A DNA stretch of 64,000 bases from Bigelowiella natans CCMP2755. Its lineage: Eukaryota > Protista > Cercozoa. The notes beneath the pieces were generated by a model. The model saw nothing but the letters and a program-made list of their open reading frames with translations, ran no database searches and was not told the origin of the DNA. Below are positions 13,125-25,750 of the stretch, piece by piece. The position numbers and the translations under genes are program-made. The number at the start of each line of letters is the position of its first letter. Position 1 is the first letter of the stretch. The DNA lies in the NCBI GenBank assembly GCA_000320545.1, contig ADNK01000260.1, positions 62,001-126,000 of the forward strand. Reading direction: 5' to 3'.

Positions 13125-13325
13125 CACGAAGTAGTGTCAAATCGTTCCTTCTTCAATTTGCAAATGCAACGTTGTAGGTATCCAGCAGTGTGAAGGTGCT
13201 AATGAAAATGCCAACACTTCAGTACACACGGGGGGGGGGTTGACCCTCCTAAATCGAGTATGCCTGTCCTTCAGTATTCGTTACTATTAGGAGTTACACC
13301 TACAATGTAGGAGAGTGGTGACACG

Positions 13326-13575
13326 GCAACAACTTTCGCAACAACTTCTAGATCGGCTGGCAACAACTTTCGCAACAACTGAGCCAACAAGACAATTTTC
13401 CATTCATGCTGGTTTCACCAGTCAGTTCTCGCTGTTTCCCAATGGCGATGTGTAGAAGAAAACTGTGGCATTCCACTTTGCTCTTGGATGTAGATCGGCT
13501 ACGGCAACAACTTTCGCAACAACTTTAGCAACAACTTTCGCAACAACTTTCGCAACAACATTCGCAACAACTTCT
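13326..13575. repeat. About 10 copies of the 12-bp unit GCAACAACTTTC in two clusters, in the divergent promoter between the SH3b-like gene and CDKAL1
   Basis: Read directly: 4 copies at 13326-~13383 and 6 tandem copies at 13504-13575. TAGATCGGCT occurs with both clusters. Confidence 0.9.
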
Positions 13576-13694
13576 AATAGCCGCACACGACGAGCAGGTT
13601 ACGGCCCCCAGATCGTCCTCCATACGTGATTCATACAACAACAACAGCGGCAGGGGAAAGAACTCTCTCTCTGTTTAAGGATTTCAATAGCAGC

Positions 13695-16012
13695 ATGGAT
13701 GACATCGAGGATCTTGGGAAGGATGAGATGGTTAATCGATCGAAAACGAAACAGAGACTCAAACTAGCTCAGCTGTTCCTACCACACGCAGGTACAACGT
13801 GAGGAACGATTCGAGGTGATGCCCAAAAGTTTCAAGCGCTCCCAAAAGCGAAGGGACAAGGATCCAATGTACAAAACTTGAAATTAGTCTCCTCAAATAT
13901 GGTTGAGTGGTGTACGTAAACATTCTGCTGCTTGGTTCGTCAGTGAATCATCAGGAAATATACCTGGAACTCAATCGGTCTACGTGAAAACATGGGGATG
14001 TTCTCATAATAATAGTGACGGGGAGTTTATGGCAGGTGACGAAACAATGATGGCGACATCGGATACACACCTTTATATGAAAATAAGCCTCCGTTAAGAG
14101 AAAATCAACAAAATTTATTATCATCGATTGAGCAGGCCAGCTTGCCACATACGGATATCAAATCGTCGATAAAAGGGAGGACGCTGATCTCTGGGTATGC
14201 ACATTATAACATAAGTCAACAAAATGAAATTCTAGGCAGTTCCATGGTGTGTTCCTTTCTCTTCTTTCAGGTTCTTAACAGTTGCACCGTGAAGGCCCCA
14301 TCCCAGGTGTGTTGCTGCTTCGACTGACGACTGTTTCTTGCATAGAATTAGAAAAGATGATGATCATGTGTAGTCATGGTCATCATCCATATGACACAAT
14401 GTCATCCCATAACTCAAAGGACGTGTTTGTCAACGCAATTAAAGCCGGGAAGGAATTAAAAAAGCCAATGGTTTTATGCGGGTAAGAAGCATGCATCACC
14501 ATGCTCTTATTTGACGTGCTGCTGGCATCCTTCACGTGTTGTAGAGGAGTGGTGATAGTGGTAGTAGTAGCAATAGTAATAGTTGTAGCAGTAGAAATAG
14601 GGTTTCTGCTAAGTAATGTGCTATTGTTGATGTTATTTAGATGTGTGCCCCAAGGTGACCCCAAAATGAAGATATTTCAAGGTAGTATGTAGTGATCATC
14701 AGTGAAGTAAGTAGTAGTAGTAATATCACAAGAACTATCCGTTCCCAGCAAGCAACAGCGTGAAAAATGAGACGTCTTTTTGTTTATGTTTTTGTGATCA
14801 ATAGGAGCCTCGCTGTTGGGAGTCAATCAGATTGACAGAATCGTAGAGGTTATTCCCAACTACCAAATCATAACTACATATACCTATAAAGTAGTGCAGG
14901 CTGGGAATATGAGAGTATCTTGTCTATGATGTCAATAACCCACTTATTGTGTTTTAGGTCGCGGAGGAGACGCTCAAGGTCTTTGCCAACATTTATTAGG
15001 AAACAGTGTTTTACATATCTTCACAAGTTCTTGTGTCCTCTCTTCCTCCTTCTTCCTCTTCTATTTCTTCTTCTTTATCATCATCATCATGACTTCTTTG
15101 ATGTTCTCCAATAATCCAAGGGTCATTCGGTTCGATTGCTGTCAACCAGGAGAGAAAAGTAGTGACGTATCCCCACCTTACAATTTTTATTCATTAATTG
15201 TTTCATAGATGGATTGGTTATCACGAGGAATAATATGATGATAGTAATGAGAGCAACAGCTTATACATCGATAAGATGAGGAGGAAATCAGTGAATAGGC
15301 CTTTTCTTATGTATTAAGCGAAAGAATCGGTAGTGTGATGCATGCCCCCCCCCCCCCCCCCCACCCCTTTTCATCAGGAAAGATAGGGTCAATGGACCGC
15401 AAGGGACTCTTAATCTTCCCAAAATTCGCAAGAATCCTCTTGTAATACGGCTGCTTACAACTATAACTCCAGCTACTACCATTTTGGCATGCTCTTTCCA
15501 CCCCATCACCCTCTTCTAACCCTCCCTCTCTTTCTGTCTCCTTGAGAGACTATATTGCTATTTAGAATAAAATAAATAATGTGTGAAGATATCCTATCCA
15601 TCACATAAATAATGACCATATGATTCTCGTTCCGAAAATCGTCGAGTTACGAAGAAGTAGCTCTCGAGAAACAATTACATGATGTGTTTTTCTTGAATTC
15701 TTTTACTTTGTAATGCCTCCAAGCCATTGATGATTTGGCATATATCTCATCATCAAGTCTTCTTCTAAAAATACTATCTGATGATGTGTAATCTTGCTGC
15801 TGCTGCTACTCTCAGATTGAGATCATCAGTATAAACTCAGGCTGTCTAAACCAGGTAAGGGGGACGAGGAATCGATAACAATAAATAAAAATAATAATAA
15901 TATAATGATGATACAGAAAAACGTCGCATATAGACGAAGACAGCGCTGCTATCATTGAAAGAAAGAATCATGAAGGGAGATGATGACACATAAAAGAACA
16001 ACTATACCGCTG

Positions 16013-16048
<36 letters not shown>

Positions 16049-18730
16049 TGGTGTAGTCGATCTCTTTTTCCATCTGATACCTGTTTTCGTCGTGGCTATC
16101 GTAAATATGTAGCAATGAGTTTTCTCGTTTCTCCGCTCATATTTTCCTATTCGCCTTTTTTCCTTCTTCCAATTCTTCTTCTTCTTCTTCTTCTTCTTAT
16201 TCTTCTTATCATTGAATTTCACTCTAATTACTCTCGATATTTCCACCACCACCAATTCAAGTGCACATACTGCAAAACGAAGCATGCAAGGGGCGATCTC
16301 CAAAGCTACCCCCCCTCCGAAATAGTAATCGATGACGCTGTTGTTGATGATGATGGTGGTTCTTTGTGGTGGTTATTACGACGACTACCAAGGAGTGTGA
16401 ATATTTATGTATTCGGCAACTAAAATACACTTCTTAGGATAATATCTACAATGTGTCAATTATTGCTATTATGATGATATTATTATTAATAATATATTGT
16501 TTCAGGTCCAACGGGCACAGCTTGCGATTCGACAAGGGGTGAGTCAAACTGATACGTTGAAGAAGCTCATTGATAGTCATCACACTTTGGAGAAGAGGAA
16601 GAAGAAGAAGAAGAAGAAGAAGAAGAAGAAGAAGGAGGAAAAGAACAACAACAACAACGACGACGACGACAAGCAAAAAATTCAAAGACAACGATAGAGA
16701 AGCAAAAAGAAACTTCCGCTAAATAACTGTAAAACATTATGATTATCTCGGCATTTCCATCACCATCATCATCATCATCACCTTTCTTTCTACTTGTCGA
16801 TCGTGATTGTTCTCTGCAACCCTGTGCCTCACAACCCAAATAAGGTGCGAGAGATCTGGTTGACATCAGAAGACACCGGCACTTATGGAAGAGATATCGG
16901 GTTGGTTGCTTCTCTATACTGCTACATTTGTAGTCTACTACCTCTACATATGTGCTTTCCATACAAGATGATGAGAAGAAGAAGAAGAAGAACAAGAAGA
17001 AGAAGAAATAGTGTTCTGCCGTGTTACATTGTTAATATAATATCATGTGTGTATGTGTGTGGGGGGGGGGTTTGGTATTTTGTAAAACATTCTTGGTTAC
17101 TCACAGGTATAGTTTGCCGCAGCTGATGAGGGATCTTATCGAAGTTACGCCTGAGGGGGTTCGTAGTACTAACTAGCTAATAGAGTTGTTATCGCCTGAG
17201 GGGGTTCGTAGTACTAACTAGCTAATAGAGTTGTTATCGCCTGAGGGGGTTCGTAGTACTAACTAGCTAATAGAGTTGTTATCGCCTGAGGGGGTTCGTA
17301 GTACTAACTAGCTAATAGAGTTGTTATCGTTCGAAACCTCCTTCCATCATCACACCATCTTCATCATCATGATCTGACATATAGCTTGACGTGAATGTAG
17401 GTGATGATTAAGCTGGGGATGTCCAACCCTCCCTATTTTCTAGAGTACCTTGCTCCTATGGCAGAGATATTCAAGGTAGAAGTAGCAGTAGTAGCAGTAG
17501 GTGTAGTAGAAGTAGTTGTAGTAGTAGTAGTGGTAGGTGTAGTAGTGGTAGTGGTTGTAGGGCTGATGCGAAGATAATTATTTCTTTGAATATTTTAAAA
17601 TAAATGATTGATCTGTATTAATACTATAAACAAATCGTTCCACCTCTACCTGAAGAAACGTCTAATATACTTTTAATACATCTAATATATCAGCATCCAC
17701 GCGTGTATTCCGTTCTTCATGTTCCCGTACAAGCCGGGTCCGATGAGGTACGAACAGCACATCATCATCATCATCAACAACAACAACAACGATATTGCAG
17801 TTGTTCGAAGTTATCGTCATATTCGTTGTAAACGCTGCTTTTTTCCTTTCGATAGGTGTTGTCGCGAATGCGGAGAAAGTATACCGTAGCTGATTTTTGT
17901 CGTGTGGTGGATTTCCTTCGAGGAAACGTGCCAGAGGTTGATGTTGTTGTGATGAGTAGTAGCCGTATACATCACAATTCTTTCTTTCAAAGTTTTCACA
18001 GACCGATATTAGAGTGATTAGTCATCTTCAACATCATAATTTTGTATCATATCAACATCAAAACAGTATCATTCGTTGTTTAGTGCTAACTGGTTGGCAA
18101 GTTACCACCGTACTTATCACCTTCCATCCTCAAACACGATCATTATCGCCATCATCTCTTCACCATTTGTAATTGTTGTTACTAATATTTATTATTATTA
18201 TTATTATTACTACTACTACTAAAAGATGAGCATCCATACGGATATAATATGTGGGTTTCCTGAAGAGAGCGTGGACGATTGGAAAGAGGTAATACTATCG
18301 CTACCACTACTGCTGCTGCGAGTAGGAATAGAAGTAGGCATTGAAAGCAAAACAACTCGTACGTCGTAGCCACCATACTCATCATCATTATTCCATTCAT
18401 TCCATAATTTGTTGTATTATGAATCTTCATCCGCACTACCACTACCACCACTACTACTGCTACTACTACTACTACTACTACTAAAAGCAGCAAACACCAT
18501 TACTACTGTAACTACCACAGACCTTGGCTCTAGTGAAGAAGTACAAGTTTCCTGCACTTCATATCTCTCAATTTTATCCTCGTCCAGGCACTCCAGCGGT
18601 GAGCAAAACCATTCTTCAAATAATAAATATATACATATTATATATTTCAGAATAAATGATTGAATTCATAGCATACTTCCCATGAATATTTCCCCATTCC
18701 TCATCCTCTTTCTATATTAAGTTCTCTTTC

Positions 18731-18821
<91 letters not shown>

Positions 18822-19346
18822 GAGTCTTATTGGAATTGTGGTGATGTTGTATAACTCTAGGCAAAAATGAAAAGGGTCAATACTAAGGAGGTAAAACAAC
18901 AACTCACTGTTATGACACAAAGATGGCACACAATCTTACATTGCACTTTATATAATTTATTGTTTTATACATCCACCAAACGATCAATTACTGCTTCTTA
19001 AGGTTAAGCGCAGAAGCAAAGAAATGACAGAGCTTTTTCTCTCCTATGAGGTCAGTTGGTTATCATCGGAAAAAGTCCTCCGTGATGATGGTGATGGTGA
19101 GGAGGAGAATGAGGAGGAGAGGAAGGGCATGTTTAGTTGAGAAAATAAGAGAAATACAGTAGAAGATGGTCACGATGAATAAATACTTCGGCCATATTAC
19201 TGCATGGAAACCACCAATTAGTTCAAGTTATGCTTGGTTGTTCTCAATGGTACTACGAACAACACACATCATGTAGATATTATGTTGCTTTTCCTCAGAC
19301 TCTTTCTGGGAAAGTTGGGAAAACTTATAAGGTTGTTGTTCATAGA

Positions 19347-19378
<32 letters not shown>

Positions 19379-19525
19379 AACGACAATGGTGATATGAAGT
19401 GTTTCTTACTACGTCGTCGTATGTGAGTCGAGAACGAGTGCTTTCTTAATTTTCTCAGGTTTTGGCCACCGAAATCGCAAAAGACAAGTAGTTTGTTTCT
19501 CTTTCTCTGTAAATTATATATATGT

Positions 19526-19564
<39 letters not shown>

Positions 19565-20152
19565 GTATGTATACGAATATGATATCGCTACACAAAATGG
19601 AGATGGGAAGAAAGAGAGATGGCTTGCATTAAATGAATGTCTAATATTTATGATGCAGGAAACACTATGTCGCCCACAACAAGTGCTATGACCAAATTCT
19701 GGTACCGATGGAAGAGGTGCGTCTGTATTAATAAATTCCTCATCTTCAAATTCAAGATTTATTGTTGAGATCTTTCATTGACAATCCAGGGGCTACTTGG
19801 GAGGACTTTCGAAGTCAAAATTACTGGCTCGGGCAAGTTTCATCTGAATGGGAAGATTCTCAGAGATTCTCTGCGAGCTCCCCGCACGTTACTTCCGAAA
19901 CCACTTCCAAAGGGGACACTCTCGAATACAAACTCTGAATGGAAGTCTGTTAAGTCTGTTGAGAAAGGCGGGGAGATCAAAAGAGAGAAATTCGAGAAGA
20001 CAAAGGATGATCCAAAAAGAACGAAAACCATTGAAGATCAGGGGCCGGCTAAGGTCGTTGTGATTGCGGTCATTGTTGTACTCATTGCTGCTCTTTACCT
20101 CCGCATATCTGCCGCGATGGAGACTACGATATATTTGGAAGATCAGCAGTAG
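13695..20152 (+). CDS. CDKAL1: Threonylcarbamoyladenosine tRNA methylthiotransferase (CDKAL1 / eukaryotic MtaB), more than 20 small exons
   Basis: Starts MDDIEDL. UPF0004 motifs [33 protein letters not shown] and GCVPQG; radical [19 protein letters not shown]; [16 protein letters not shown]; TRAM domain ([31 protein letters not shown]); C-terminal TM helix. Confidence 0.96.
17148..17329 (+). repeat. Perfect 45-bp x4 tandem repeat spanning a CDKAL1 exon end and 5' splice site
   Basis: Unit CGCCTGAGGGGGTTCGTAGTACTAACTAGCTAATAGAGTTGTTAT, four identical copies with no spacers. Confidence 0.95.
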
Positions 20153-21024
20153 TTATGAACAACCGTTATATATGTTAGTTCATGCTGTTGTGGCAAGTTG
20201 GACAGTAAGAAATGTGGATAGCCGTCGACTTTTAGATGATGATTATTCTTCTAAAAAAATCTAGTTAAAATGCTCATGTGCTACAATATATAAATATACA
20301 CATATGTACATATACGTGTCAATCAATGTAATTAATATTGATGACGAGTGCTATGACAAACGCAATGATAATCTATGTGCTAGAATGGCGCTGAAGTAAA
20401 TTTAATAAGTAAGTAAGTAGGTGCATTTTGCGACGGTACCGTGGGGCACGTCGTAGCTATACGCATATGTTATATTAACAACACAGTTATTTACACAACA
20501 TATCAGCGCTGCGTAGCATAGTAGCCGCAGCTTTGCATAGTCATAGCGGCATTAGGATAGCTATTAAAAAAATGTCATCGCTTCATTACATTACATCCGT
20601 CCCTTCGTCTCATTTACACAGCGCTAGGAGACAGCACAACATCGTAGCGAGTAGTTTTTGGGCGCTAATGTAAATAAAATTTTTCTTCTTAGGCCAAAGG
20701 ACAGCATCACATCCTATCGATACATGGGCGTGATAGTATGCAGGACTAGTATATAGTCTTGCTGCAAGTACATAGTGGTGCCATGGCTGCAGAGGGGCTC
20801 GGTCATGATGCATCAATTTGTTATTGCTGCATGATTGATGGAAACACCTCTATTGTGAATTTTATGGCGGTATGCTTGTCTTGATTCAAAATACAATACA
20901 TTTCAATTACACGATGATTTGTGTTGCTTTCTATGACGTGCGATTTGTTCTATCTTGCCAACAGGTTTTATGATATCATATCATATGCCTCTTTCACAGC
21001 TTTCAGTGTCTATGGAAAACCAAT

Positions 21025-21760
21025 TTAAAGATGAGTGCGTCGAAGTTTGAGAAAATAAGTGCTATCTAAATGAATGTGAATTTGCCTGATGCTATACCTC
21101 TTCAGAAAGCGCCCCAGAGTCTTTCAGTGCTTCAAATTTCTATGGGAATCACTAGTTCAGAAAACATAAATCTATTCTATTCATCATCGTTACTTACTTC
21201 CAAAATAACGACATTCTTATCCAAAGTAAATACTCCATTAAAATTTTCTTCGTTGAACAGTTGCTTGAGGTTTCCAAAGGACTAAGAAACGGGAGATATG
21301 ATATGATCTTCATTGACTAAATATCTTGAATCGTATCACCTTTCTATGCAAGTTGCTATCAGCAAGAGCACTTTCCTTCTGTAATGCTTTTATAATCTCG
21401 GCTTGGACTATCTGACAGTTACATGCATTGAGACAGAATTGGAAGCATCGTATCTACGTGAGTACTACCTGAAGTTTCTTTCCCGTGGGTCCCTTAGCAA
21501 CGATTGCCCATACAATCACATCGATGAATGACGCTCGTGTCTTCGCCGAGGTGAAAAACTTCGTTTTCTTATCAATGTATGACAAACGGTAAGTGCTGGC
21601 TGAGAGGCGAATAAGTGGGTGGATTATTAGTTTTCACCTTGAAGCTCTTTGCATCCATGTTGGCAACAGCTCACTTATCTCAGTTGAGTTATGAAATTTG
21701 ACTCTTGGAACAGCGTTTCGGGAAGTGATATCTTTTAAAGGAAAGGCGATTCAAATGCTG
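21025..21760 (-). CDS. Small multi-exon hypothetical protein; boundaries uncertain
   Basis: Successive GT-AG-bounded in-frame segments DKKTKFFTSAKTRASFIDVIVWAIVAKGPTGKKLQ | IVQAEIIKALQKESALADSNLHRK | SFGNLKQLFNEENFNGVFTLDKNVVILE. No family recognised. Confidence 0.4.
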
Positions 21761-21882
21761 CGTCTTCCAGAAAATCCTGTCTCATTTAGCTAATCGTCGA
21801 ACAGGTTTTTGTAATTTCTCGTCATAATTCACGATACTCTGATTCTTATTCCTGTAACAACAATCTGTGGTGAATTATTCCA

Positions 21883-22056
21883 TGCGACATCGCGCTCGTA
21901 GACGCACTATGAGCTACAGGCTGTAAACTTCGATCGTAGTCGCAGCAGCGCAAGAGCTTTGTGAGTCATCGCACTCCTAACTTGGCCAATGTATTGAGAA
22001 ATCACCTAATATGAACTAAACCTGCGACTCGGAACAACCTGCGACTCGGAACAACC
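21883..22056 (+). promoter_or_regulatory. Cluster of four TGCGAC motifs, two within a 17-bp tandem duplication, upstream of the COG0523 gene
   Basis: TGCGAC at 21883, 22023 and 22040, and GTCGCA at 21939. A regulatory role is inferred only. Confidence 0.35.
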
Positions 22057-22134
22057 CGCATCTCGACTAGATCGAATCGCAATCAGACCATCCGATCGCC
22101 ACAACCCAACGTGCTTGAAGAGTGCCTTCCCACG

Positions 22135-24369
22135 ATGAAGCTTCCTGTCACGGTTCTCTCTGGATTCCTTGGCGCGGGCAAGACCACCCTTCTAAAGAAC
22201 ATTCTCCAAAACAAGAAAGAGTTGAAAGTTGCCGTGATTGTCAATGACATGAGCGAACTCAATCTCGATGCCCAGGAGATCGCCGATACAAAGCTTGTTC
22301 GACAGGAAGAAAAGATGGTTGCAATGCAGAACGGGTGTATTTGCTGCACTCTACGAGGCGATTTGCTTGAAAGGGTGAAGGAACTCAGTGAAGAACAGAA
22401 GTGAGATTATTTCCTTTAAGTTTGTAGCTGCGGGAAACCTCCTCTCACGACGGTATTCCAACATTGTTTTTTCCAGGTATGACTATCTCTTAATTGAAAG
22501 CACGGGGATATCAGAGCCTCTTCCTGTTGCTCAGACATTTGTCATGAATGTGGATAACATGACTGTGACCCCAAAGGTGGAAGCACACCAACATGGTAAG
22601 AATGCGGGTGATTCGACAGAAGACGACCAAGATAAAAAGGAACCAATGGAGGTGGAGAAAGTAGAAAAGCCAGCTCCACAAAGTAAATCAAATGTTTTGA
22701 TATCTACGAGAAGGACTATGAGGCGGACCTTACCCCCCCCCTTTACTATTAATATCCCCAGGCCAACAGGATAAGGAGAAAGTAGTAGTAAAAAAAGGCG
22801 AAGCTGTACCAGGTAGTAGTAGCTGTAGTATACTCGCTAATATCATAACTTCCAAAATTTGCAACCAATAGCTTATGCGATCTCTAATTTTTCAGCCATA
22901 CCAGTGGACGACGATAGCCCCAAAGCTTTATCGCATTATGCCCGTCTCGACACAATGGTGACAGTAGTCGATAGCAGCACACTTTTCAAAGTTCTAAAGT
23001 CTGTTGAATCGCTCAAAGATGCTGATATGGGCGTCGCTGGGGAAGATGACGACCGAACTCTTACTAATCTGATGGTCGACCAAATTGAATTTGCCAACGT
23101 TATCCTACTCAATAAGACTGACCTTCTTGGCGGTGTTGATTCCCCGGAGATGAAGAAGGTGGTTGGAATCGTGAAGAAACTCAACCCGAAAGCAAAGGTG
23201 ATAATACCTTTTGCTGTAGTGTTTATCTCAATCCCCTCTTCAAATCTCCTGGTTATTAGTTCCCACGTATTTAGTAAATGTCTAGATTTTCCTACAGATA
23301 TCTAAATTTTCCTACTCCCCAGGTGTTTCAAACCACAAAGTCCGAGATAGATTTGGAAAAGATACTCGACACCAAGCTGTTTGATTTGCAAGAGGTATAC
23401 GCCGGACACTCCCTGCTCTTAATGTACTCCTAAAACACCTTAAACTCTACTACCTTTTGTTTGCAAGGCTCAAATGTCTGCTGGCTGGATTCAGGAGCTT
23501 ATGAAACCGGCACACACTCCAGAAACCATTGAGTACGGTGTCTCATCGTTCGTGTTTCGCAGTCGTACACCCTTCCATAACAGGAGGTTATACCAAGTCA
23601 TAAAGGGTTTCGGACAGCTGGAACGAATTTTCGCAGAGCAGCAAGGTAGACGCTGGTCCTTAGAAAGTGGCATTATCTCAACACCGTCAGCCTAGATTGG
23701 GCTGATGATGCTGAAAGTGTTGGGACGAAGCGCTATTCTCACTTATATCAAATTTTTCGGTTAGGCAAAAAAAAAAAACTAGGCAAAAAAAAAAAACTAG
23801 GCAAAAAATCGGGTGGGGGGAAGCGACACCCCGCAGCGGGTGTGATCCGCAGCAAGGGCCAAATTTGGGTGGCAAATGCCAATGATTTTCCATTCCAAAT
23901 CCAATCCGCTGGGAAACATTTAAGCATTCAACCAAGCCAGATACCTTTTTTCCAAGCGAAGGGCGAGAAAAATTGGTCAGAAATCGACAAGAAAAATGTT
24001 AAGACATTGAAGGAAAGAGGAAGGTAATACATTGTTCAGCGATATTCTTTAGATGTGAGTTTTTACATGTACACCTAACATGGTGTATTCGGCAATGATA
24101 TTGGGATTCTCTTTAGGTGGGACGAGCAGGTTGGTGACAGATGCACAGAAGTTGTCTTGATTGGCGTTGACCTAGACAAGAAAGTCCTAACTAAGAAACT
24201 TACGGAAGCATGTTTGACAAAGGAAGAATTTAGTGCAGGCCCGACTGCATGGAAAAAACATGAAGATGCCTTCTTTGAGGGACGAATAAAAACGTGGCAT
24301 GATTTTAAAGAATTTAAAAGATATATGGAAATGCTTCAAGCACTTAAAGAGATCGAAGTACCAGAGTAA
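22135..24369 (+). CDS. COG0523/CobW-family G3E GTPase metal (zinc) chaperone, ZNG1/YciC-like, multi-exon
   Basis: [20 protein letters not shown] (Walker A), [13 protein letters not shown] (CxCC metal motif), [32 protein letters not shown], and a CobW_C domain ([35 protein letters not shown]). Confidence 0.95.
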
Positions 24370-24930
24370 CGTAGTAGCCCTCAGAGGCATGTTTCATGAC
24401 AGAATATCGTACAGACCCATGATAATAGAATCATATGGATACTTTCTTCAAGGAACTAAATTTAGAATTATTATTACAAGGCTCGTTGCAGCAGATTGAA
24501 GACGAATTCGATTTTCGATACTATTTATCATAAAATAAATCAACGATGGTGTATCTTAACTGTGGACCGGTATTCATTGTGTTGCGATGATGTGGTATTG
24601 TATCGTCGAGGTACATGTCTAAATATGCTCAGCACAAGTAGATGGTGACTGTGGTGGACATATGTCACTAGTCAGTAAGGCGCAGTAGTGTGAATAATCA
24701 AAACTTCAGATTGTGAATTGTCGTCGTGTGGGCTGTTATAGTAAGGGACAGTCATCGCATCAAACGTACACGTAACTAACACCTTGTTGGCCACGTGCGC
24801 GCTGCGTGTGGACATGCGTACGTGGATGACCATTTCAGAGTCCCTCAACAGCATCACTCTAATAATAGTAATGATAATAAGCAAGCACACATTTTGCATT
24901 TCAGAGCTAGCTATCTAGTCTAGTAGTGCT

Positions 24931-25160
24931 TCACGACTGCTGCGATGCAACAAGGCGACGACGATGCTCAGCAAAGTCATGCCATCGATCGCGATGCTGA
25001 TGTTGTGTGCTGTGATGCGACCAGCTAGCCGGCATCATCAACTTGTGCACAATTTGCTAAATTGAAACAGCTCAAAAGCGAATTGCACACAATGCAGCAA
25101 GGCTGTGTCGTGTCACAGTACAGTCTGCGGTGGACCGCTGTTCAAATTGGCACATGTGCC

Positions 25161-25200
<40 letters not shown>

Positions 25201-25630
25201 ATGGCTCAATTACATGGCGTTGCAATGAACCCGCAATGCTAGCAATGACATGCACAACTGCATCAATCCCGGTGACGAGTGGGTTTTGAACAAACTGTGC
25301 TTTGCGCGTGCGGCCTGGCGCGCTCAATCGTTGCAATTGGAGCTTGGAAGCACACTGGAGCCTGTTTGAGGTTCAACTTTGATTTTTTTTTCGAATTTCA
25401 GCTTGAAAACCTCACTTTTCAACGCCTGCTAGCCTGCCAGCGGGCGAAAATTGAAAAATTCTTGCCACTTTTGAACACGCTAGCACATTTGCATTTGCGT
25501 GCCACAAGTTTTGCAAGCTCATGATGAGGGTGTGCACACACTAGCTTCATGGACGTGCGAAGTTTCAGCACACGCTCGCAAAAAGCATGCACCTGGGCGC
25601 ACATGAACGCGCAAATGTGCACTCAATGAC
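24931..25630. repeat. TpA-depleted intergenic island containing a (CA)n tract
   Basis: Hand count gives ~8 TA in 700 bp, 5 in CTAG. Lies between the convergent CobW and SVOP 3' ends. Confidence 0.7.
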
Positions 25631-25750
25631 TCTCAATTAAAAATTCATGCCATTCGTTACACATTTGATGCAGTTGTGTATGTGCATCTACATCTGGGCA
25701 TTTAGAGATGCGTATTAGTTTCTAGTCGATTACGGAGCTTTCTAGCTTTC

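Noticed and set aside
17148-17329. CRISPR-like array
   Set aside because: The units are contiguous and identical with no spacers, lie in a eukaryotic intron, and no cas genes are present.
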